Source: Nanobdellota archaeon
Lineage (GTDB): Archaea; Nanobdellota; Nanobdellia; Pacearchaeales; GW2011-AR1
Assembly: GCA_018830245.1 (NCBI GenBank)
Contig: JAHJSW010000001.1
Coordinates: forward strand, 1 to 36,843
Direction of reading: 5' to 3'
Length of the DNA stretch: 36,843 nt
Of the stretch, positions 28,750-36,843 are shown in pieces (position 1 is the stretch's first letter; every line of letters begins with the position of its first letter). Made by a program: the position numbers and the translations under genes. The notes under the pieces were generated by a model. The model did not search any database, was not told where the DNA came from, and was given only the letters and a program-made list of their open reading frames with translations.

Positions 28750-30393
28750 TTATTTTCTTGCAATTTTTACAATAACAATAATGATAATTATTACTAGAAC
28801 TACATTGAATAATCCAATTCCCCATAACCAAGCATTATTTCCATCAAGAAGATTAGATAAGCTAAAACCCTCTTTTTCAATGAATACAGAAACTGATTGT
28901 GTCTTTACAATTTCTCCGGCTGTAAGAACTTCTATATCAAAAAGTTTATTTCCTTCTACATCTTCTTTAACATTAAGTGTCACTAAAATTTCTTTTGAAT
29001 CTCCTTTAGCCAGAGTAAAAGTGCTTTGGTCTACACTAGCAGAAGATGCCCAATTTGAATATCCTGTTGTCATAATAGTATAAGTTCCTGATTCTTTTCC
29101 AATATTTGTTACAGTAGCTCTTACAATCATCTCTTCTCCAGCTTTTCCTCCAGATTCTAAACTTGCAGAGATAGTTACATCTGAAACACTGCTACTACTG
29201 CCTAAACAGCTTCCTTCAATCTGAAGAGGAAGAGTAAATGAGGATTCGTCTTCATCATAATCATTTTCAAAAATATCATTATCTTCGTCATAAACCTCAA
29301 AAGTAAGGGGGTAGTATTTTTCTTCTGCATCTTCTGGAATTTCAATTAAAACATCAAATTTTTCCCGATCAAATGCATCAATATCTCCGATATTTATTCT
29401 CTCATTTATCCCAAGTGCTGTGTTGTAAATCATAACATAAACATCTTCTTGGTCATTATCTCCAATATTCCAAACATCTGCTGTTATCTGAAGATTTGTT
29501 CCACATGAAACTAATTCTGTGAAATCAATATTGTTTAAAATTACAAAATCTGATTCTTCATAAACAGTCACGATTCCAGAATCACTTGCACAGGCATCAT
29601 ATTCAGGGTTAGTATTATCCTCTTTGAACTCCCCTGTGGCTCTCACATAAAGAACCAAATCCCCATTTACCAAATCCTCTAAATCTTCATCAAGGTCATC
29701 ATCAACAATAAATGTAAAAATAATTGTTTCATCTTCTCCGTCCTTTAGGTCAATTTCTTTTTCTTCATCCACATCTATTGCCCATTCTCCTGTTTTTTTA
29801 TCATAAATTCCCCACTCTATAGAGATGTCTTTTATTTTCTGGTCATTGTTTTTATTGTCAATCTTAAGTTCAAGTTCAACTTCATCAAAAGGAAGCCATT
29901 CATAATCCTCTCCAAAACCAGATATAACTTTAATATGTCTAATTTCTAAATTTAAATCATTATTTAAATCAGTATATTCATTATCATCATAAGTACAGAA
30001 TTCTGTATTTTTTGTGAATGAAACAATTTGACTTCCACCCGTTGAAGCAGTTAAGTTAGTTTTATAATCTTCATAAAATTCAAAATTAAATCCTACTTGA
30101 ACATCATAATCAAAAGTAATTGGTTCAGCAGATGTTCCTCCAAAAGGGTGTGTCAATCCCGCAAAGGTTATTGTTTTTCCATTAGAATCTGTAATAGTTA
30201 TTGGATTAAAAGAAAAAACTACACTTTCTATATCAGTACTTGTTGCTGAAATATCAAAAGTTTGTGCACCTTCTGTTAAAAGTAATTGTGAAGGTGTTAC
30301 ACTATTAAATGTAACTGCTGCGCTAGCAAAACCAACTAAAAGAATTACTGCTAAAACACCCATACCCATCAAGTTGAATATTTTTGTTTTCAT
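28750..30393 (-). CDS. Putative second S-layer/Ig-repeat surface protein
   Basis: Signal peptide; acidic CARDB-like repeats (VWNIGD..Q, VTNIG); C-terminal TM with basic end. Confidence 0.7.
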   Translation of the reverse strand: MKTKIFNLMGMGVLAVILLVGFASAAVTFNSVTPSQLLLTEGAQTFDISATSTDIESVVFSFNPITITDSNGKTITFAGLTHPFGGTSAEPITFDYDVQVGFNFEFYEDYKTNLTASTGGSQIVSFTKNTEFCTYDDNEYTDLNNDLNLEIRHIKVISGFGEDYEWLPFDEVELELKIDNKNNDQKIKDISIEWGIYDKKTGEWAIDVDEEKEIDLKDGEDETIIFTFIVDDDLDEDLEDLVNGDLVLYVRATGEFKEDNTNPEYDACASDSGIVTVYEESDFVILNNIDFTELVSCGTNLQITADVWNIGDNDQEDVYVMIYNTALGINERINIGDIDAFDREKFDVLIEIPEDAEEKYYPLTFEVYDEDNDIFENDYDEDESSFTLPLQIEGSCLGSSSSVSDVTISASLESGGKAGEEMIVRATVTNIGKESGTYTIMTTGYSNWASSASVDQSTFTLAKGDSKEILVTLNVKEDVEGNKLFDIEVLTAGEIVKTQSVSVFIEKEGFSLSNLLDGNNAWLWGIGLFNVVLVIIIIIVIVKIARK

Positions 30394-30512
30394 TTTGTAA
30401 TCATTCCAGAGTTACTATGGTTTATAAACTTTTCTATATTATAAAATATATTAAAAAAAAGTAATTTCAAAAGGTTTATATATTTTTGAAAATTTAATTT
30501 ACTAACGATAAA

Positions 30513-30905
30513 ATGGTGATTAGATCAAAAGAAAATTCTCTTGGGGCGTGGGCTTTTTTAATAGGAGTTATTCTCGCAGTAGTTATTGGAATAAGCACTT
30601 CTTCTTTTTTGTCAATATCAAAAATTACTCAGTATAGCCCTCAAATTTATGCAATTCTTGTTATACTCGGAATTTTTGTTGGATTTTCAATTAATGTTAC
30701 TGGAAAAGATTCTCAAGCATTTTTAATTACAAGTGCTATTTTAGTAATTGTTAGCAAGTTTGGCATGGAAAGTGTTACTGGTTCATTAATAGGCATTGGA
30801 GTAGGAGATACAGTATCTTCAACATTTGCTGCTTTACTTGCATTGTTTGTTCCAGCAACAATAATTGTAGCACTAAAAACAGTTTTTTCTATGGCAAAGA
30901 TTTAA
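30513..30905 (+). CDS. Four-TM membrane protein
   Basis: GAWAFLIGVILAV, LVILG..VG..N and FVPA.IIVALK hydrophobic segments. Confidence 0.7.
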   Translation: MVIRSKENSLGAWAFLIGVILAVVIGISTSSFLSISKITQYSPQIYAILVILGIFVGFSINVTGKDSQAFLITSAILVIVSKFGMESVTGSLIGIGVGDTVSSTFAALLALFVPATIIVALKTVFSMAKI

Positions 30906-31108
30906 TTATCAATAAAGGTGAATCTTGGTCCTTGATAGTCTTTTTTATTAATTTCTTCTAAGAAGTTTTTTAATGGTCTTGCCCAGACCTTGTTATTCTC
31001 TAAAGATTGATAAATAACAAGAGTTTCCCCTGTTTCAGTGTGAACTGCAGTATCAAGAACCTCATACACTCCTCCTTTAAAATGCCTATACTTGCCTTTT
31101 CTAATCAT
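30902..31108 (-). CDS. DUF1653 family protein
   Basis: G.YRHFKG..YEV...A.HTET.E.LVIY..L...WARP...F...PRF. Confidence 0.9.
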   Translation of the reverse strand: MIRKGKYRHFKGGVYEVLDTAVHTETGETLVIYQSLENNKVWARPLKNFLEEINKKDYQGPRFTFIDN

Positions 31109-31724
31109 AATTTAACTTATCTATATTTATTATAGAAGCATCATTCATATCTAATCTAGGACAAGCAGTATTTATCCATGCTTTTAACCCAAAATTCTGA
31201 AATTCTTGATTATCTATATTATTACTAATAAATAGGTAAGCAGATTTATTTTTCAATTTTCTCTTTAAATCAATTGCTTTTTTTAGATTTTGTTGGCCAG
31301 GCTTTGTTGAGATGATAACTCCTATTTTTTCTGAATTTAAAAAATTTAAATAAGATGCCTTTTGTTTTTTTCCAAATTCTTGTATATTTTGATTTGAAAC
31401 TCTTTCTAAGGTGCTATTAATTATATATACAGGGATTTTTGTTTCATAATTCAGAGAAAGGGCGTGAAATTTTCCATCGCTTACTAAAAGAATTGCTTGG
31501 GTGTTTTTCGGCAAGTTTGGCTTACTACATCCTAAAACTTGCACTGTCTTTAAGATTCTATGATTTTTTTCAAGAATTTTTTTTAATCTCAAGGCAAAAT
31601 CTTTATACTGTATAGAGTAAGCAATAACAAGGTTTTTAGGGAGTTTTTCTAAGAAGATCTTTAGTTTAGATTCTGGAATATTCAATTTTGCTTTTGCAGG
31701 GATAAATATGGTTTTCATATCCAA
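31101..31724 (-). CDS. dph2: Diphthamide synthesis protein Dph2, N-terminally shortened
   Basis: QVLGC, GKFH, STKPGQ and TACPRL motifs. Confidence 0.8.
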   Translation of the reverse strand: MDMKTIFIPAKAKLNIPESKLKIFLEKLPKNLVIAYSIQYKDFALRLKKILEKNHRILKTVQVLGCSKPNLPKNTQAILLVSDGKFHALSLNYETKIPVYIINSTLERVSNQNIQEFGKKQKASYLNFLNSEKIGVIISTKPGQQNLKKAIDLKRKLKNKSAYLFISNNIDNQEFQNFGLKAWINTACPRLDMNDASIINIDKLNYD

Positions 31725-31764
31725 AAATAGAATAAATTGATTATAAATATTTCCCCATACTTTT

Positions 31765-31944
31765 TTAATCTTTATCAGGAGGTATCTTTATTCCTAAACT
31801 TGGAATTTCAATTGTTCTTCCTTTCCTTTGATTGTTTTCTAAAATTAATGCTGCTAATCCCTCTACTACAAACTGAATTTGACTACCGAATGCTTTGGCT
31901 CTTTCTTCAGGATTGTAAGTCTCTTTTCTAGAAATGTAATCCAT
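31765..31944 (-). CDS. 59-aa hypothetical protein (not in the ORF track)
   Basis: MDYISRKETYNPEERAKAFG...IEIPSLGIKIPPDKD*; starts 3 nt after the sepF stop and fills the gap. Confidence 0.4.
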   Translation of the reverse strand: MDYISRKETYNPEERAKAFGSQIQFVVEGLAALILENNQRKGRTIEIPSLGIKIPPDKD

Positions 31945-31947
31945 ATT

Positions 31948-32340
31948 TCACTCAAACCTATTGCTCTTTTTTGCTGGAGGTTGTGCAGTCTCTTTGTGAA
32001 TTTTTGCAAAAGAAGGAGTTACAATCACTATGTTTTCTCCAAACCCTGCAATGCTTCCTTCAAGGGCATCAGTAGTTTTCTTAATTTTTGAGATTGCTCT
32101 TTTTAATTCTATAGAATCTTTTTGTCTCAAAATTTTTATATCTATCACTGCAATAGTGTATCCTTCTCTTAAAGCACTAAGAATCTCGTTGGTATCCTCG
32201 TAGTGCTTTAAAACAAAAAGCCTTACAAGAACCTTGTTGTCTTTTTCCTCTTTTTCTAAATCAATTTCTAAATAATCCTCGTCAAATTCATCTCCTCTCG
32301 ATGAACCTGAAAACGCTCTTTTTATTTTATCGAAAACCAT
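31948..32340 (-). CDS. sepF: Archaeal cell division protein SepF
   Basis: N-terminal amphipathic MVFDKIKRAF; LREG.TI..IDI..L..D..ELKR.....K.....G.IAG....IVTP. Confidence 0.85.
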   Translation of the reverse strand: MVFDKIKRAFSGSSRGDEFDEDYLEIDLEKEEKDNKVLVRLFVLKHYEDTNEILSALREGYTIAVIDIKILRQKDSIELKRAISKIKKTTDALEGSIAGFGENIVIVTPSFAKIHKETAQPPAKKSNRFE

Positions 32341-32406
32341 AACTAAATTATATATGAGATATTTATAAAGATTTCGTAATTATTTTACATACTTTTTGTC
32401 TAAATC

Positions 32407-32739
32407 CTATTTTTTGCTCTTTTCTCTTTCTTTAAGAATTTCTTCTCTATTTGCCTCTAATTTTTCAGCCAGAGATTTCTCTTGTTTTTCAATAGTCTTC
32501 ATCCTAAGACCTAATATCTTTTCCTTGTTAGAAAGCTCTTCTTTTACCCCTAACTTATCTGTTTTAATCATTAACTGCCCGATAATTTTGAAAATTTCCT
32601 CTCCAGATTTCTCTATTTCTTCTAAAGCAGACTGGGTTTCAGACAATTCCATCTGAAAGGCTTGTTTTTGAAGAAGAATGTTTTGGAGGTTTTGCTCAAT
32701 CAACTGCATCTCTTGTATTTTTGTGTTCATATCTTTCAT
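32407..32739 (-). CDS. pfdB: Prefoldin beta subunit
   Basis: QKQ.FQMEL.E...ALEE, FKIIG.LMIK and coiled coils; follows rpoP. Confidence 0.88.
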   Translation of the reverse strand: MKDMNTKIQEMQLIEQNLQNILLQKQAFQMELSETQSALEEIEKSGEEIFKIIGQLMIKTDKLGVKEELSNKEKILGLRMKTIEKQEKSLAEKLEANREEILKEREKSKK

Positions 32740-32750
32740 TTTAATTTATT

Positions 32751-32888
32751 TTATTCAGCTTTTATTTTTTTTACTTTTGTTCGCGGTTTAAAGAAAATCT
32801 TACTTCCACAAAAAGGGCAGACAAATCTTTTGTCCAACTCATTACTCTGAATCTTTTTTCCACATTTAAAACATTTATATGTTGTCAT
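32751..32888 (-). CDS. rpoP: RNA polymerase subunit P (Rpo12) (not in the ORF track)
   Basis: MTTYKCFKCGKKIQSNELDKRFVCPFCGSKIFFKPRTKVKKIKAE*, a zinc ribbon in the expected rpl37Ae-rpoP-pfdB context. Confidence 0.9.
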   Translation of the reverse strand: MTTYKCFKCGKKIQSNELDKRFVCPFCGSKIFFKPRTKVKKIKAE

Positions 32889-32922
32889 TTTGATAGTCTT
32901 ATAATAATCTTAAATACTAAGT

Positions 32923-33612
32923 TTATAAATTTATTTCTAAAGAGGCATATGTCAAAATTACCCCTAATCTTCTCATTCTTTCTATGTATCTTTCTATCCT
33001 TTCCTGTCTTGATAAAAACATATCTCGCAATATTTCTTTTTTTATCCCCGGCATTTGAAGTTCCAACATAAACCTATGAGGATAAGAATCGCCATGAGGC
33101 CCAGATATTTTCGTATGGAGTTCTGATTCTAACCTGGTTGTGATATCATACTTCCACACCCCTTTGCCATCATAAACTTCTGATTCTAATATCGTATTAG
33201 TATCTTCTTTTAATCTTCTCTTTAATTTTGCATGGGCAATAACATCAGCGAGGGATGGCGGATAAATAAAATTTTCGATAAGAATTTTTTTAGGATGTGG
33301 GTGCACCCATATTGCTTTTATTGAAGATGGGTGCCTTTTATTTAATAAAGTTATAATTTTCTCAACATCAAACTCTACCTCTTCTCTTCCCTCTGCAAAC
33401 CCTAGATCATAGCATTTGCCCTCTAAGCATATCCAAGCATCTTCTCTTTCTGCATTATTAGCTAAATTGTGAAATTGTTTCCTAGCTTCAGCATAAGAAA
33501 TATTATATACTGTTCCAGTTCCAGATCTAATTCTAATTTTATTATCAAAATCTAAATTAACACTTTGTAGGATTGCTAATCCTATTAGTAACGCGTATAA
33601 TGTTTTTTTCAT
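32923..33612 (-). CDS. Signal-peptide protein with JAB/MPN-like metal motif
   Basis: N-terminal hydrophobic signal; E..., HPHP...PSLAD motif. Confidence 0.55.
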   Translation of the reverse strand: MKKTLYALLIGLAILQSVNLDFDNKIRIRSGTGTVYNISYAEARKQFHNLANNAEREDAWICLEGKCYDLGFAEGREEVEFDVEKIITLLNKRHPSSIKAIWVHPHPKKILIENFIYPPSLADVIAHAKLKRRLKEDTNTILESEVYDGKGVWKYDITTRLESELHTKISGPHGDSYPHRFMLELQMPGIKKEILRDMFLSRQERIERYIERMRRLGVILTYASLEINL

Positions 33613-33708
33613 AACAAAAAGAGATCTTATCCTTATATATAAAATTATCTCAAACTTGCAAAAGAGACGGCTATAATTTGAATAATCTGCTCACTAAAAA
33701 TCAAAAAT

Positions 33709-33930
33709 TTATTTTTCTAAATAATATGTATTTGAAGCGAATTTCTTCTCGCATTTTGAACATTTCCAAATCCCTTTTGAAAGTCTTTTTACTCCGAGTT
33801 TTTTGCAAAAAGGGCATGTTTGTTTTATTCTCTGTTTTTTTTCTACATTAACTACTTTCATTCTGACTTTCTTCCCGTATCTTGCTCCAAATCTTCCTGC
33901 TGATTTTGTTTTTTTTGATTTTGTAGGCAT
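33709..33930 (-). CDS. rpl37ae: 50S ribosomal protein L37Ae (eL43)
   Basis: AGRFGARYG, CPFC...VKR...GIW.C.KC...FA. Confidence 0.95.
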   Translation of the reverse strand: MPTKSKKTKSAGRFGARYGKKVRMKVVNVEKKQRIKQTCPFCKKLGVKRLSKGIWKCSKCEKKFASNTYYLEK

Positions 33931-33942
33931 TTTAAATTAAAA

Positions 33943-34015
33943 TGGGACTGCCCGGATTTGAACCGGGGTCGTCAGGTCCCAAACCTGAAAGGCTACCAAA
34001 CTACCCCACAGCCCC
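33943..34015 (-). tRNA. tRNA-Pro(UGG), intronless, CCA not encoded
   Basis: Acceptor GGGGCTG/CAGTCCC; anticodon arm TCAGG-TTTGGGA-CCTGA; GGTTCAAATCC T-arm. Confidence 0.95.
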
Positions 34016-34056
34016 TTAAATAAATGAGGGCCATAGGAATTTATAAAACTATTGAA

Positions 34057-34665
34057 TTATTTTTTATCTTTTTTCTCTTCTTTCTCTTCTTTAGCTTTTG
34101 TCTCTTGTTGAATTATTTTTTCTTGCTTGTTTTTTACTTCAGAAAAATATTTTTCTAATTCTTGTTTTTTTTCTGAAGAAGTTTCAGTGATTTCCCCTTT
34201 AATTTCTTTATCATATTTTCCTTCTTCTATCTCTAACTCAATCTCTTTCGCAGGTTTGTTTTCTATCAAAACCCCTAAACTTGAACATGTTCCAACGACT
34301 GTTTTTACTGCAGATTTTAAATCTTTACAAAAAAGATTAGGCAATTTTGTTCTTGCAACAGAGATTATTTGCTCGATAGAAGCATTAGCAACTTGTGCTT
34401 TTTTTTGTATTCCTGAACCTTTATCAATACCTAATTCTTTTTTTATTAATTCTGAAACCGGAGGAGAAAAAACTTGAATCTCAAATTCTTTTGTAGAAAC
34501 ATTTACTTCTAGTTCAACAGGAACTTTTAATCCTTTGAAATCTTTTGTTGCCTCATTTACTTTTTGAATAATCTTATTTGCATTAAGACCAAGAGGACCA
34601 ATTTTTTGACTCAAAGAAGGTCCTGGTTGCATATTCCCTCCTTCAACTAAAAGTTTAATCTGCAT
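34057..34665 (-). CDS. rpl11: 50S ribosomal protein L11 with Lys/Glu-rich C-terminal extension
   Basis: VEGG..PGP....GPLG.N, FKGLKVPV, PP.SELIK, VGTC.SLG. Confidence 0.93.
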   Translation of the reverse strand: MQIKLLVEGGNMQPGPSLSQKIGPLGLNANKIIQKVNEATKDFKGLKVPVELEVNVSTKEFEIQVFSPPVSELIKKELGIDKGSGIQKKAQVANASIEQIISVARTKLPNLFCKDLKSAVKTVVGTCSSLGVLIENKPAKEIELEIEEGKYDKEIKGEITETSSEKKQELEKYFSEVKNKQEKIIQQETKAKEEKEEKKDKK

Positions 34666-34867
34666 TTTCCAACGCCCTCCTCAACTTAGATTTTTTTTCT
34701 ATTAATCTCTGAAGTTCTTTAGTAGGATACGCATAATGAAGAATTGCTGCTTCAGGATCAGTAGCTAATTGCCTTGCAAACCGAGGAGAAACTTTTGTTT
34801 TTTGATCTATTCTATAATTTATCATCTCCAATCTAACTCTCAAATAAAATTCTCTCAACTTATTCAT
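34655..34867 (-). CDS. Hypothetical protein between spt5 and rpl11
   Basis: 70-aa ORF overlapping both neighbours; contains the GGAGG SD of rpl11. Confidence 0.5.
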   Translation of the reverse strand: MNKLREFYLRVRLEMINYRIDQKTKVSPRFARQLATDPEAAILHYAYPTKELQRLIEKKSKLRRALENAD

Positions 34868-35312
34868 TTTCTTCTTCCTCTCTCCTTATAACCTTAACAT
34901 TGTCTAATTTAATTGTAACAGGTAGTGGAACAACAGCTCCAAGTAAGCTTACTACAACTTCTTCTTTTTGTTTATCGATTCTTAAAACTTTTGCTTTTTC
35001 TTTTTTAAAAGGTTCTGAAATTATTTCTACTATATCTCCGTCTTTTATTGAAATCGCACTTATCGAAGGCTCAATCATATTTTTTATTTCTTCATATCCA
35101 ATTGTTTTTCCGATAATGCCTTTTACATATGGAAGATTAAATACAGCTTCTTCTGCTGATTCTCTATCCTCTGCTTCTAAAAGAATATATCCTCTTAATC
35201 CGTGAGGTCTTGAAACAGAAAATACTCTAAGTTCCTTTTTTTTGGCTCTATCAGCAACCATATCAACTGCTCTTTCTTCTTTGTTTGTTGTTACCTTTAT
35301 AATAAATATCAT
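34860..35312 (-). CDS. spt5: Transcription elongation factor Spt5 (NusG)
   Basis: NGN domain (LRGYILLEA) plus KOW (GDIVEII.EPFK.EKAKV..ID). Confidence 0.95.
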   Translation of the reverse strand: MIFIIKVTTNKEERAVDMVADRAKKKELRVFSVSRPHGLRGYILLEAEDRESAEEAVFNLPYVKGIIGKTIGYEEIKNMIEPSISAISIKDGDIVEIISEPFKKEKAKVLRIDKQKEEVVVSLLGAVVPLPVTIKLDNVKVIRREEEENE

Positions 35313-35401
35313 TTTCTCTTGCTCTAGCTATTCTCTAATCTGTAATATAATTAAAGAATAATAATACTATTTAAAAATTGGGGTTTATAAAATTATCTGA
35401 A

Positions 35402-35587
35402 TTATTTAATAAACATCTTCATCGAGATTGAAATTAAAAACCCAAGAGCACCTAAGATAAGAATTCCGATTGCAGAAACTTTTGCAATGGTCTCGAATTC
35501 TTTTCGAGTAGGTTTTCTCAGTGCATGCCATACTCTCTTACATTTAACAATAAAAGATTTTGCAGGAGTTAATAATTTCTTTACCAT
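35402..35587 (-). CDS. secE: Protein translocase SecE (Sec61 gamma)
   Basis: RVW...RKPT.KEF...AKV..IGI..LG.LGF. Confidence 0.92.
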   Translation of the reverse strand: MVKKLLTPAKSFIVKCKRVWHALRKPTRKEFETIAKVSAIGILILGALGFLISISMKMFIK

Positions 35588-35681
35588 GATATACTTAAAA
35601 ATGATTAGTTTTTAAGGTTTTGGAGAAGCTAGACGTTAGTAAAAAATCCTAAGTAAAACAAGATTTAATTTTTAAAAAACA

Positions 35682-35957
35682 TCAACAAAGTCCTCTCCTT
35701 AATTCGCGTTTTTTTTCCTCTTGAGGAAACCTTTTTTCTCTTGGTTCAAAATAACGAGGAGGAAAAGATTTTTGAATTGCTGGTTCTATAGAAGGAAGAA
35801 CCCGCACTCCTGAACCCTCATTTACTCCTCTCACGTATCCCCATGTGAAAAGCCCTGTTGCTAAAACAAGAAAAGATATTCCGATTGCAAACATCTCAAG
35901 CGCTGCATGAAGAACCCCATTGTAATCTTTTTTCATCTTAGAATAATTTTCTTTCAT
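35682..35957 (-). CDS. Small membrane hypothetical protein (host gene of IS element 2)
   Basis: One TM segment; original start inferred as ATG 35957 (MKENYSK), whose SD now lies beyond the IS at 36589-36592. Confidence 0.55.
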   Translation of the reverse strand: MKENYSKMKKDYNGVLHAALEMFAIGISFLVLATGLFTWGYVRGVNEGSGVRVLPSIEPAIQKSFPPRYFEPREKRFPQEEKKRELRRGLC

Positions 35958-36581
35958 TACATCCACGGCGAGGATACCACTGCTTTAAAGCAGGGAGGAA
36001 TCGCCGTCCTCAAAATTTAATTCTTCCAAATGATTAGAAACAGAAGGTCTGGATACTAGACCTCCTGAATAAAACACAAAGTTAGCATGAGCTTTGTCTT
36101 CTGCTGACTTAGGAGATAAAAAATGGATTTGAACTCGCGGAAGCACAGTTTCGGGCAAAATGCCTTCCACTTTGTCTGGAAAATTAAATATGCTAAAGAC
36201 CCTTTCAAATTTTACGGGTTGAAGATGGATTGCGAGTTTTTCTTGAGGCAAGTTGCTTACAGACGAGGATTCAAAATTTACGAACTCCACGTCGCTGTTG
36301 ACCATGTCCACTTGTTTGTTGAACTTCCTCCAACTGTGAGTGTTAGCATGGCTCTTCAGTTGTTTAAGGGCTACTCTGCCTTTAAACTTTTCAAAAAACA
36401 TCCTTGGTTGAGAAACCACTTTAGAAATGGACACTTCTGGAGCCCTGGAAAATTCTTCCGTAGCGTCGGCAACACAACCACCGAAGCTGTCCAGCACTAC
36501 ATTACTTCTTCTCAACCGTGGGTTTCTTAGTTTTAACATTTTATTTGTTGATACCTCGCGCTTTAGCGCGGGGTTATTCAT
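35958..36581 (+). mobile_element. IS200/IS605-family element 2 (tnpA only, 624 bp)
   Basis: TCAT target 35954-35957; GATA 35973-35976 plus left hairpin; GATA 36550-36553 plus right hairpin 36554-36573; terminal TCAT 36578-36581. Confidence 0.85.
36123..36530 (+). CDS. tnpA: Y1 HUH transposase TnpA
   Basis: FHFVWKIKY, DHVHL, KGYSA, FWSPGKFFRSVG and YI..SQ; AGGAG SD upstream. Confidence 0.92.
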   Translation: MDLNSRKHSFGQNAFHFVWKIKYAKDPFKFYGLKMDCEFFLRQVAYRRGFKIYELHVAVDHVHLFVELPPTVSVSMALQLFKGYSAFKLFKKHPWLRNHFRNGHFWSPGKFFRSVGNTTTEAVQHYITSSQPWVS

Positions 36582-36751
36582 TTTTCTTCTCCTTTCAATT
36601 TTATTTTAACTAGTGATTAAGTAAGATTATTTACCTTTATTAATATAAAAACATTATGTTCTTTAAGGATATATGCCCTCCCCCTTTATTTTTTTATATA
36701 ATAAACAAGGTATAACGCTTTGTATGACAGTTACAGAGTATGAGTTAATTT

Positions 36752-36843
36752 TTAACATGGAGGCTCTGTTTGGTCAACTTCTCCAGTACAAAATACAGAT
36801 GGGTCTAAACCACAATCCTTTGCTAAAACATTAGAATCACACG
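36752..36843 (-). CDS. Probable C-terminus of a gene running off the window edge
   Basis: Open frame CDSNVLAKDCGLDPSVFCTGEVDQTEPPC*. Confidence 0.35.
   Translation of the reverse strand, partial: CDSNVLAKDCGLDPSVFCTGEVDQTEPPC

Noticed and set aside
33943-34015. tRNA-Pro as an integration site
   Set aside because: No duplicated tRNA 3' fragment or integrase was noticed in the window.
142-35205. Many 60-116 aa ORFs in the track overlapping longer genes (e.g. 142, 6074, 8264, 12107, 27227, 34127, 34900)
   Set aside because: Antisense or alternate-frame shadows of well-supported genes, with no motifs.
35958-36581. IStron (group I intron) or tnpB/iscB remnant
   Set aside because: The non-coding parts are too short for a group I core, and no RuvC/HNH-like coding remnants were seen in either element.

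Overview
AT-rich archaeal chromosome segment, most likely a DPANN archaeon of the Pacearchaeota type. This is inferred from the fused PriS-PriL primase, a pacearchaeosortase-like protein, a Methanococcus-type S-layer protein, archaeal SepF and the TATA-box promoters. Housekeeping genes (3' end of class II lysS, histone, primase, PCNA, dph2, sepF, pfdB, rpoP, rpl37Ae, tRNA-Pro, rpl11, spt5, secE) surround a large cell-surface region. That region holds a ~13 kb cluster of class III signal-peptide (type IV pilin-like) genes with giant Cys-rich proteins present in both fused and split form, then an S-layer gene with a long structured leader, a sortase and a second S-layer-like gene. The most striking sequence-level observation concerns two divergent tnpA-only IS200/IS605 elements. 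Both have guide tetranucleotides that predict TCAT cleavage sites, and both sit antisense exactly at a host start codon (ATGA). Each leaves the host CDS intact and regenerates an ATG behind the host promoter/RBS. They also share a covarying structured left-end leader. All calls come from reading motifs by eye; no database searches were run.
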